Shown here piece by piece: positions 1-11,294 of a stretch of 64,000 nt of DNA. The translations under genes were made by a program, and so were the position numbers. Source of the stretch: Hormiphora californensis (lineage: Eukaryota > Animalia > Ctenophora); contig CM035359.1 of the NCBI GenBank assembly GCA_020137815.1, forward strand, positions 7,564,001 through 7,628,000. The letters run 5' to 3'. Below the pieces are notes generated by a model. It had not been told where the DNA came from. It saw only the letters and a program-made list of their open reading frames with translations, and searched no databases. Within the stretch, counting starts at the first letter, position 1. Each line of letters starts with the position of its first letter.

Positions 1-2087
1 CAGGCAGCTGGAAAAAGATCATCAAATACCTACAAATGCTTGCGAAATGATTCTAATCAATAGCAATATTGAATGAGCCCCCTGTCACACGAAGTATCAT
101 GAAAACCAAGTTCATTCATTGAGGCCGGGGCGGTTAATTGACAAGCAAGCGGTGTACACTTTCAACTTCCAACTAACAAGATTTATAGTATAATAGTGGA
201 GGAGTGGAACTTATCAATTAGCAGCGGTATATTCTTTGAACAATGTGGATTGTTATGGTTATTAGGCGATCCTTAACCATACTATCTCCGGGGCATGAAC
301 ATCACGATCTTGTCATCAAAAGCAAACTAAATTGGTTAAATGAACTATGAAAAAGATAAAAAAGGAAAAGGGAGAGAGAGAGAAGAGAGAGAAAAAGAGA
401 GGGGAGAGAGAGAGAGAAGAAGAGGAGGAGAGAGGGGGGTGTTCTTTCCCCCCTCCCCTTTTTTTTGGGGGGGTTTTTCCCTTTTCTCCCTCCTTCCTTC
501 TGCTTCTTTTCCCTCCTTTTTTCTTTTCGCTTTCTCCCCCCTTTTTTGTTCTTTTTTTCCTGCCCGGCTTTTCCCTTTAGAACTGGGGGAAAGTTTTACA
601 TGAAAGACCCCTTTTTTCCCTATCCTAAATCCATATCCTGTAATTTTTAACAGCTTTTCCGCTTTTCCCTCCTTAACCCCTTAACCGCATTTTCCTTTTA
701 CGTTTTAAAAAAAAGGGATTGTTTTTAAAACTGCGTAATTAAAACTGAAAATGTTTGGGGTTTTTTTTTATAAAAATAGTAAATGAAAAATTTTTGTGAT
801 GCCAGACCGACCATTTTTTTAAAAAAGTTTGAAAATAAAGGGAAAAGTCTCCAAAACAAAATAAACGGAAAAAAAAGTCTATTCCTGCATGAAAAACTAA
901 TGCCACACTCACGGACCGTAAATCTGCAGATACTTTGATATAAAAAAAAGCCAGCCAGCTTACAGAAATTGAAATCTGTACTGCCTGGATCAATAAATTG
1001 TAAAGTTTCCGTGGTTATCAGGAGCATTGGATATTTGAAGAACGAATCGAAAAGACTGAAATAAATGCGTTTGCCCACGTATGACGTGAACTCGTTGGGG
1101 GACGGGACGGTGGGGGGGGGGGGGGGGTCCATTCACACAACATTGACGCAGTCTCACCACAGCGATATGTTTTGTCCGGCCCCTCATTCTCCGAGGTCTG
1201 TTCTGTTCGCGGCGAGGAGGGTTGTTTGGATTGTTAGTCTGGGGATTTTGTGCTACTAGTAACGTGAAGTGGTTTTGTGCTTGGGGGCGGTGGGGGGGGA
1301 GTGGGGATCGTGAGGTATTTTGGATTTTTGTGGGGAGGGTATAGAGTGTGCGGAGGGTTGTGGGTGGTGGGGTCTGTTTTCGGGGGGGAGCAATTCCGGG
1401 GGAAGGCCCCTCCCCCCCTTCTCTCCATGACTTGACAAGAAGCTGTGTGATAAATCACAATCTCACAATTCCCCGTCCTCCTCTCCCACCAACCACTCAC
1501 TAGCAACCACTCTACTTCCGAATTTCACAAAACAAAGACCACTGCAGCTCGTAACACGATACATGGGAGACATTCCGAGAGAGGGAGAGAGAGGGGGGAT
1601 AAAGAAGGAGGCCTTCAGAGAGAGAGAGAGAGAGAGAGAAGGAGATAACAACTCCCATAACTAGGAAATATGAGAGATATTAAACAGTGAGGGAATATAA
1701 TATTTGAGGGGGTTCCTCAGCTCCTACTCGTGTAGGATAATCGTGTAGCATGATAGGTTTCTGACATGTGTCATCATCGCTTGGAGAGGGGGGTCGTGAC
1801 ATGTGATCTAGCACTTAGCTATGATCATATCGGCCGTCCAATGCTATACGGCTGTCAGAGCATTGGCCATATTCTCATTTCGGAGCGTGCGAGAACTGTG
1901 GTCAGAGCCATCATGTTACGATGAAAAAGGGTTTCTCCGTGCGAGACTGAAGTTTGAAGCTTAAAAACCGGTTTGAGCGGCTCTTTGCAAGTAAAGTGGA
2001 GGGCTGCACTTGTGTAGCATTGAAGAGAGCTAGAGTGCAAATGTAAAATCTTAATGGAAGCATTGTAAGAGAGAGAGAGAAAGAGAA

Positions 2088-2152
<65 letters not shown>

Positions 2153-3212
2153 CGAGAGAGAGAGGGAAAGAGAGAGAGAGCGAATGGAGGAGGAGCTTCG
2201 TTCAAATTAAAAGCATGCAGCACGCCCACAATTCGAGCAAGCACAGAAGAGAGAATGGTCTTCAGTCTTCACTCCTTGCTATGAATGAGTGAATACGATT
2301 TTTCTTCTAAGTTACGAATTTAAAACACGTTATATAACTAAATATTAGAGAATAATACATGTTTACAAGCTTAATATACAGATAATTTTACAAAAACGTT
2401 TTACAACACACTATCAAAACAAAATATGAATACTTTAAATTGGATTTGGCTGGAATACTGACTGGACTGCTGAAACATTATATTATCACCCACTTTCAAA
2501 CACACACGGTCATGTCAACACGACTGCTGCAACACCTAGCAACCCCTCACATCACCATGACAACAGAGAGATACAACTCTCCAGTGCTACTCGATGTGTG
2601 GAGATTGGCGAGGTGTTGAAACTACTACATACACCGCCCAGAACACACCTTCTCTGGGCCATCACCTAGACCTGTAGGGATCATACAATACACAGACTCA
2701 TACATGCACTATAAACACCTCTAGGGTACCTCACCCTGGATAGTTCCAAGTGCCTTGTCAACAGACTCCAGAACTTGGAACACGGCCAGATTTGAAACAC
2801 CCTTGAATATTATAGTGACACGCTGTACAGACACATGTACGAGAGAGAGAGAAACAAACAATAATCTACCACAGAGTGGACACTTACGACACAGTGGTGC
2901 CCCAAAGTGGGCAATACAAGAGTTTTCTCTGACACCATCTTTTCTTAGAAGGAAATGCCACCAAAAAGAGGGAATTTCTCCTCGAAAATAGGAGAAAAAG
3001 AAGGGTTTGTGATCAGAGTCCATCAGCTCCAGTTTATAAAGGGGGGTTACACATTTGTGTGATTTACAGGGTTTAAAGGTTGGGCCACACCCACTGCATC
3101 TCTCCCCACAACATGGCCGCCCCATGGTAGCACACCAAGCGAGGGAGAGGGTTTATGAGGTGACCCAGGGAGAGATCACATTTCAGCTGATCTCAGATGT
3201 GGTGAGAGTGAT

Positions 3213-6200
3213 TTACAGGATCTGGATTCGGTTGTTCCAGCTGTCGACCACAACAAGACGTCCCTCGTTGTTCAACTCAACACAGCAGGGTCCATCGAAC
3301 TGGCCGAACTTCTTGCCTCGCTTACCGAACTTCTCCAGGAAACTGAAATAGGGAAAGAGTTGATAATTTAGTTATAAAGCTTTACAGAATCTAAACTTTC
3401 TTCTGTAAAATCGCAGGAGCCAATCTTTTTTGAGAGCTCTTCTTACCTTCCGTGGTTGTTGAATAGAGAGATCCTGCAGTTTCCATACTCCGAAACCATG
3501 ATCTGTCCATTGGCATCAACAGTGATATCAGAGGGTCCCAGGATCTGTCCCTTGCCCTTACCCTCCAGAACCTCTCCTCGGGACTCTCGGGGTGCGCTGA
3601 ATCGATCAAGATATCCACCGTCAAATCCGTAAATCTGGAATGTAGCAATTTGTTAGTTCAAACTTCAGTTAGCGATCGTTCGGGTTTTGCTAGAACTGTT
3701 GTCGCCTTGAACACAATTGAAGCTTGTTCATTTTGCCGGTGTGTTACCTTGATATCAGCGGGGCTGAACTGGGACACGTAGATGAGACCGAATGAATCGC
3801 AGGTGACTCCGACGGGCTGTTTCAGCTGGTACTCTTTGGGGTTATCTTCTCCTCCAACAACCCTCAGGAAATTACCCTGATGAGGAGAGAGGTTTAGTTT
3901 CAGAAAACTTGAGAAGTTGTCCTTGTTAAATGGGGCAGGTAGAATAATAGGTTCTGACCCATGGAGTCTGGCAAAGTTGGTTTGGTTTCGCGAAAAATGA
4001 ATAACTTATCGTACCCTGGGGTCGAAGATCTGGACTCGGTTGTTATCGGAATCAGAGACGATGAGGTAGTTGTCCTTGGTGATGCAGATCTTTCTTGGGT
4101 TCCTGAACTCTCCCTCAGCCTTGCCCTCCCGTCCGATGGTCCTGACAAACTTGCCCTGAGTGGTGAACACACTCAACCTGTTGTTTCCACTGTCCACCAC
4201 GTAGACGAATCCTGGGGGAAGAGAGAGAGGGTTAGGAAGGTCATTATAAGACAAAATTAAAAGCGAGGGAGAAAGGGGTTTATATTCATGATGTCATCAT
4301 TGCATCAGTAAAGGTAAGGGAGTGAGAGAGATCTAGAAAAATAATTACCCTGGCTATCAACGGCAGTATCAGTGGGGTTTGATAGTTCTCCCTTTCCACT
4401 ACCCTCTCGTCCAGCACCAATAATGTGAGAGAACTGTCCGCTCTTCTTCAGCACCTGCACTCGGTTGTTCTCTGAAAGGAAAGGATGGAATGAATAAAAA
4501 GCTTTCACATGATAGAATTAGATGACTGAATGCGGTAAGTTCAATCAAACATAGGACCATGTCTCCAACAGAAAAAAAGTACCTGTATCAGCGACGAACA
4601 TGTTGCCCTGCTTGTCGAATGAAATTCCCATTGGTTTCTTAAACTCTCCAACACCGTTACCGGGCTTGCAGTTGGGGGCACCAATAGCCCTCACTCCTAC
4701 AATAGGGAACACAATTATTAGAGGAACTTGTTTTATTTTAAACTTTGCTTGTGGAATTGAGTTTGAAAATGATATTTTCTGGTTCCCATACCTTGTCCGA
4801 CGTAGTAATCGGTTACATTTCCGTTCTGCTCATCTCCATCAACAGCAGACCTCAAAGTGGAGAACTCTCCGGGGCTGAGGGGCCTGCTGGCGGTCTGTCC
4901 TCGGCCACCTCCGTTCTGATCCTGTGCAGTCCTCTCCCTCATCTCCTTGATGGGCTGGGCGTTGTAGGTCTCCACAACGAACTTGCCCAGTCCATCAATG
5001 AAGGTGGTGATGATGGTCTCGTTGACCTTCTGGAACTCAATATTCTTCCTCTTAACACCAATGTCGAGGTCCACGTTCTTCAGCTCCTCCATTCGCTCGT
5101 AGATCTGTAGGTAAACGTGGCTGTCAATCGAAGTTTCCCTGAGTTGTTGGTTTTAGATCTGATAAAGATACTCCTATAATAACTAAGCCTTCACAGAACA
5201 GCGAAATATGGAAAGTTATACCAAGCCAAGTTCATGTGTTGCCACGTTAGATATGAGTCTCATTATCAATAAGTTGATGTAATAAATAGGGACAAATTGA
5301 GACTCGTTGATTTTATTTCAGGAATAACTCGACGTTTCGCCGTTCGACGGCATCATCAGGATAATCTCAAATTAATTTGTTTAAAGTAGTGTTGAAAAGT
5401 TTCAAACTTTTCAACACTACTTTAAACAAATTAATTTGAGATTATCCTGATGATGCCGTCGAACGGCGAAACGTCGAGTTATTCCTGAAATAAAATCAAC
5501 GAGTCTCAATTTGTCCCTATTTATTACATCAACTTATTATACCAAGCCTTTGTCTCAAGTACCTGGCTCTCTAACCCCTCAAAGGATAGCTAGTATTTTA
5601 CCTGGCTCTGTAACCCCTCAAAGGATAGCTAGTATTTTGCCTGGCTCTGTAACCCCTCAAAGGATAGCTAGTATTTTACCTGGCTCTGTAACCCCTCAAA
5701 GGATAGCTAGTATTTTACCTGGCTCTCTAACTCCTCTAAGGATAGCTATTATTTTACCTGGCTCTCCATGGTGAGGATATCAACATCAGATCCGTCAGTG
5801 AGAAGGTTGGAGACAAAGTCACATCCACTCTGGGTGCTCTGCATGGCTACAGTCAGCTCCTCCCTCTTAGCCTCCAACTGGGACACACTGGAGAGAGAAT
5901 AGAGATCAGATGATGTGATGGAACACAAACTCCTATGATTACCAAGTATTGTCATCAAATTGTGTAATAGTTCAAGATAAATTACCTGGCGGCCTTCATC
6001 TGCTCCACGGTGTTCAGAAGATGCTGTTCTCGGGCCTTGATGGAAGCCATAACTCGCTCAATCATAGTCCTGATATCGTTCTGGGCCTTCTTGGCTTGCT
6101 CCTACAAGAAATGTTTTGTTCCGGGAAGACTATTATTGAGAGATGGCCATTAGGATTGCAGTAGGCTCGATCTAGACCCTTGATTTTGTAAGAAGACATA

Positions 6201-7997
6201 GCCCGCAACAAGAAGAAGTTAAAACTGCATTCTAATCCACGTACCTTCATCTCATGTTCCTCGTCCTTGAGGATAGCAATGCTCTGGTTAAGAGGCTTCA
6301 GTTTGCTGTTGACGGCATCAAGAGCCTGCTGGACATTGGCCCTGTGAGCTCCAATGATCTCACTGATGGGCTTCACCTTCATGTTCTTGTACTCAGCTGT
6401 GGATAGAGAGAGGGTGTTTTAGCTTTGTGATGCTATCAGGGGAATGTCAGAGGTGATTTGAATTGTTCATACTTTTTTGAATTGTTCATACTCTTTTTAT
6501 TCTCCGGGGAACTACAAACACGGAGCATGAACACAGTGTCAGGCGACTCAATAGGTGATCGGGTAATTTTGAAGACAGCTGTACATAATGGATTTACTTG
6601 TTTCCTATTATCCAATATCTACATAGATTGATGGGCATTACTTACGAGTAAGGGTACAGTCTCTGCAGATGCACTCGTTAGTGGTCTCACAGTACAGACG
6701 GAGCACCTCCTCAAGATGAATAGAACAGTGCTGGACTCGGTGGTTGGCCTATATAACAGGGGAACACTAAGTTAGGGAGGTGGTATCTGTAGAAACATGG
6801 ATTATGGAATTGTCAGTTGTAGTGTGTGATACCACAAGGATGCTCTTTTTGAATGCTGAACCACTCTACTAGACTGTACCTGCAGGGACCTATCCTTGAT
6901 GAGTTCATCAAAGTTAAAGATATGATGATCCTTGGTGTACTTGAGGGAGCTGTAAATGCTCTTACAGTCTTTACAATAAGCCTCCTCAGACTCCACGCAC
7001 CAGAACTCAGCTCCTGAAGGAATTTTACAGTTAGATCTGTGTTTTAAAAACAAAGTTATATTATGTTAGTTGTGAGACTAATTCATTACTCAATCGGCTT
7101 AAAAGAAAATGTTAAAAAGGTATTGTTATTACATGTCTGATTTCATGAGAGAGAGTATTGTCCTATTCTTCGGTAGGTATCATGGTCAAGACCGCTACTA
7201 CCACAAGCACATCACTAGTTATAACAGTGGTTTTGGTTAATGTATCTTATTGAGATTGTTTTTGTCTGCTATCCATACGGACACGTACCCTTGTTGCCAC
7301 ATCCGTCACACAGTTTGTTCTCCCTCTCCTTGTTGAGGGTGAGGATCCTGATAACATTCTCAATCATCTTGTGTCGGGGGAAGTTCCTCACATCACCACC
7401 CGGCAGGGCTACCTCCTTTCGGCAGATGGGGCACCTAGTTATGAAGTTGGGATTTAGTTTTAAAATGATTTCTTTTGGCTCCTTTATAAAGTTAAAAGTA
7501 CTTTTGTATATCTATGGATACCATGACGACGAGAATTGTTGGCAGTATCACCATGGTTACTTACACAACATAAGAGTTGCTGCCGGCGGCCTGGGCCAGA
7601 CAAGCCTCACAAAAGACATGGAGACAGGGGAGGACTCGGGGAGTGGTGAACTGATCTCGGCAGATGGGACATTCCAACTCGTTACACATCTTCTCATTGA
7701 GGAGTCGCTCTTTGACCAGACTAGATAGAGGGGGGAGGTTGAGATAAAACTAGTTGGTTAAACAGTTGGATTGCTATGGTAAACCAGCCAATTATTTCAA
7801 CTTTTTGACAGCTGTAATGAATTTGCTGTTCCCATTTTAACTCACCATTTTTGGACGACCTCCTCCTTTCCGTCATCAGTTTGCTGGACAATGTTCTGGG
7901 CCCTAACATCACTGGGCGGGGGTGACGCAACTGAGGTCCTGATCTCCTTGCCATCAGCGTTAAACTCTTTCCTCTTGATCTCTTCAGTACCTCCCAT
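3213..7997 (-). CDS. TRIM-NHL E3 ligase (RING, two B-boxes, coiled coil, NHL repeats; TRIM2/3/71-like), multi-exon
   Basis: Manual splicing from ATG 7997 (MGGTEEIKRK...) gives RING CPICRDQFTTPRVLPCLHVFCEAC...CPICR, B-box1 CDGC...WCVESEEAYCKDC...HH, B-box2 CSIHLEEVLRLYCETTNECICRDC, a coiled coil and NHL repeats (VVDSGNNRLSVF, VSDSDNNRVQIFD, VVDSWNNRIQIL*). TAA at 3215-3213. GT-AG junctions are in frame where checked. Confidence 0.93.
5399..5440 (+). other. Spliced-leader exon copy (ctenophore SL)
   Basis: GTTTCAAACTTTTCAACACTACTTTAAACAAATTAATTTGAG, identical to the reverse complement of 26002-26043. Matches the ctenophore SL as I recall it. Confidence 0.85.
5447..5475 (+). ncRNA. Minimal type I hammerhead ribozyme core (mirror copy on - strand at 5331-5359)
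   Basis: CTGATGA-T-GCCGT(CGA)ACGGC-GAAA-C-GTC: conserved core, 5-bp helix II and a minimal helix III of the kind found in Penelope-associated hammerheads. Helix I is only about 2 bp in this copy. Confidence 0.7.
5561..5767. repeat. 39-bp tandem repeat x5 containing the exon end and splice donor of a TRIM-NHL exon
   Basis: Period 39 (starts 5561, 5600, 5639, 5678, 5717, 5756). On the - strand each unit reads AGAGCCAG|GTAAAATACTAGC. Confidence 0.9.
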
Positions 7998-8029
7998 TTT
8001 AGTGTGACGTAATATGGAGTAACTAGTAG

Positions 8030-8121
8030 GTGTTGAGGGGGTTACTATGGTAACTAGTAGAACAGTGATGGGGTTACTATGGTAACTAGTAGAACAGTGA
8101 TGGGGTTACTATGGTAACTAG
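8030..8121. repeat. 30-bp tandem repeat x3 upstream of the TRIM-NHL ATG
   Basis: GGGGTTACTATGGTAACTAGTAGAACAGTGAT-like unit repeated. Confidence 0.85.
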
Positions 8122-8278
8122 GCAGCAGTCAATTGATTTATTCTAAGGTGGTAGTAAGGAACGTTACAGCGGACTAGTTTCAGTGGTTCAAATTCACTAA
8201 GAAGTAAGACATGCAGCACGAAAAAGCAATTGACGGGGGAGTGAAGCTAACAAGTAAGTGATCAAGAAAGAGAAGAGT

Positions 8279-8396
8279 CTTTTATACAGCCTGTATCCGG
8301 CAAGCATGGAAAACTAGTTGCTGTACGGGCCCACGGACAACACAACCAACCAATCACAGTACAGATAGACTGGTCACGTGATAAACACTGACCAAT
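8279..8396 (-). promoter_or_regulatory. Putative TRIM-NHL core promoter
   Basis: TATAAAAG on the - strand (8286-8279), two CCAAT boxes (8350, 8392) and an E-box CACGTG (8375), about 300 bp upstream of the ATG. Motif evidence only. Confidence 0.45.
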
Positions 8397-9512
8397 GGGG
8401 GAAGACATGTATTTTTAAAGTACTTGTGCACTGTTTGCAGTGCAGTTACCAAGGCGTTAAAAGAGCTGTGCAGCAGAGAGATAGTGCATGTTGTGAGAAG
8501 GAGCCGATATCACTGCGAGTTGATGGGGAGATTTAGATGGAAGTTGATGAGTTAGGAGCTATAGATTTAGATGATTTGAATATCACCAAAAAGCTGATTA
8601 TTTGGTTCAAATTACTACAAAAAGGGTGGGGAGAGTGCTCCCCTAGTGTTAAAGTTGTGTAGATTTGAGGGGCCTGGTGATGGTCATGATCCTGCCGGCT
8701 TGGACCAGCCACCACTGGTTCCACTCTGAGAGCGTTGAATATGAGTGTTGTGCAGGTGGCCTAGGCGGCCGGGAAGTGCATGTGGTTAACTTATTGGTAA
8801 CCCAACACCTGTAGGTGCCCCCGAAGGGGCAACATAACTCATGTACCCTGCCTTTTATATCATGCATCCCGAGTAGAACATATCCTTGTATGTTACGTGT
8901 CTTCAAAAGGGGTTTCATATTGCACATTGTTATCTCTGGGGGAGTTACAACATGCTGCTTGCCTTTCGTATGACCTTATAGCTAGAATTACATAACCCAT
9001 GGTACCAGCAAAATGTTATACCATTCCCCATTCTCAAAATCACTGACCCAGGCAACAAAAAAGGGGTTGGGGAGAGCTCTCCCCTAGTAGCACCTAGTAG
9101 TACTAGTAGTGAAAGATAAGTTTTCTACCCCCCCCCACATTCCCATTCACATCTCCCGCTTTAGTCTAGTTGGATATACGTGTTCCACTGCAGCCTTTTA
9201 TTAGGAGCGAAGTTCTACTCACCTGCCTACCTAATCAATAACTTCTTGTGTGTCGTTTGCTATCTGATATACCTTTCTCTTAAATAATATCTATCTCTCT
9301 TCACAATAGGGAAGGCCAGGCCGCCACTTCAGCTCGAAGAAGATAATCAAACGAGTGAAACTGCACCGGGCCCAAGTAAAGTTATCCTTGCATTAAATTT
9401 CGGGTAAGAAAAACATTACAATATGTTTTTTCGCTTTTTCGCTTATTATGGACCTCATGGGAACCTGAGATACGTCGCATCAACTCTCACCCTAGCTATA
9501 ATAGTACATGTA

Positions 9513-10872
9513 GGGGAGCCACAGGTAATATGGGAAATTTGGTAAAATGGGAAATCGGTGTTTTGAAAATATTGGCCATGTTACAGGCTCATAAATAGTT
9601 AACAACTCTTATTAATGATCTTAGATTAGTTCTGAAACCGTTTATAGCCTTGGTGGGAAGTGTTTAGATGGTACACTAGCACCCTCGTCATCTTAAAATA
9701 AGGAAAGTGAAAAACCAGGCCACTTCTTTCATTTGGTACACACGTCTCTGTTTCTTTTAGAAATTATCGATTGGCTTAGTTTATGAGCAAGATATTTATT
9801 AGCGATACCTAAAGAGATCAGAGCATCAGAATGAACGTGTCTAATTATAATTAGCTAATTATAGAAACTCATGATTTTGGTATAATGGGATACTTTTATT
9901 TTACTCAAATGGGATACCCCATTTTACCAAATTTTCACTATCCCATTTTTCCAAAACATGTTTTGGAAAAATGGAATACTGAAATTTTGGCTGTTTAAGC
10001 GGCCATTTAAACGCAAATTTCTCAGTAACGATTATTAATATAGCCTATTTTCGCTCATAACTCGAAAAAACTTGTATTCTCTAAAAAAATGCACCGAGTG
10101 ACAACTGCAGAATACGACTAAACGTGTGGAAATAATTATTCAATTTTCATTAATCTAATCTTCTATTATAGACACCAAAAGGTTTCTGGTATCCATGTAC
10201 CTTTCTTAGCAGTTACTAAAGTCTAAATATTGTCTACATTTATGTGTTAACGATCAACTCTTTGGTCCCCAATTCTTTAGCAAACTTTAAAGAATTTCTT
10301 AATTTTGGACCTGTCTGAAATTATATACAGGTAGCACCCCGCTAGGAAATGAACCTGTTCACGCTTTGACTCCTCCTGTTGAACTTAGTAGTGTGAAATG
10401 AGGCTTTAGGGACCCGTTGGTGAAGAAATTAGGTAGCTTGTTCCTAACTTTTCATGATTTCACGGCTGCCGGCAATGGCGGGAGCCTTCAGACCACTTAC
10501 TAATTGTAAACAAAACTTAAATACCATTACAAACTAGTTTAATCCAAGCAAAGTGCAATTTAAACTAACCATATTCTGACGAAAAATTAATTTTGATAAA
10601 ATGGGATACCAATTTTTTGATAAAATAGGATATCCCATTTTCGTTAAAAATGGGTATCCCATTTCACCAAAATAAAATTCCACTGCAAATTTTCAAGGTA
10701 ATATGGGATAGTGCCAGATCTCCGTTGTGGAGCATTCGTTGGGGTATTTTTGGTGGTAATGTGTTAGCCTGGTCCAAATAAGACACACCTATGAAGACGG
10801 CGTGACTTTATTGTCATCTGAAAAAAAAGTATGGCCAAAAGTTGTTAGGTATCCCATATTACCTGTGGCTCC
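9513..10872. mobile_element. Non-autonomous TIR DNA transposon (Tc1/mariner-like, TA-flanked)
   Basis: TIRs GGAGCCACAGGTAATATGGGA / TCCCATATTACCTGTGGCTCC, flanking TA, and many internal AAAATGGGATA/TCCCATTTT subterminal repeats. Confidence 0.8.
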
Positions 10873-11047
10873 TACATGCGGACTTTAGTGGAAGCACTAG
10901 GGTGAGCTCCGTAAAGTGAGGAGGAGAGGAGAGAGAGAAGGAGAGAGCGAGATAGAGAGTACTCTCTCTCTATCTCTAGACTCTCTATCTATTAGTATCT
11001 CTATATTTATATCTCTCTCTCTATCTTCAAATCTATCGCTCTCTCTC

Positions 11048-11139
<92 letters not shown>

Positions 11140-11294
11140 AGGTAAGCTCGCACATAAACACACACCAAAGACAGGACAAGTGTGCACAGTTCACGTTAAG
11201 GCTTACATTTCTCTCCATCCGCACACATCTTCCCGTTGTATCTGCACTGTCCCGTTATATCTGTCTGTAATAAAGTTGGGGCTAGCTCTTCATC

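Larger units (their letters stand above)
5228..5536. mobile_element. Penelope-like pseudo-LTR insertion: palindromic, SL-capped, with hammerhead core; lies in a TRIM-NHL intron
   Basis: Perfect inverted repeat 5268-5402 / 5404-5538 around C5403. 12-bp direct repeat TTATACCAAGCC at 5216-5227 and 5537-5548 (TSD). Each arm reads SL followed by CTGATGATGCCGTCGAACGGCGAAACGTC. Confidence 0.8.

Noticed and set aside
340-1460. Cluster of short ORFs in homopolymer-rich sequence
   Set aside because: Garbled AG/CT tracts and inflated homopolymers look like low-quality consensus; the translations are low complexity.
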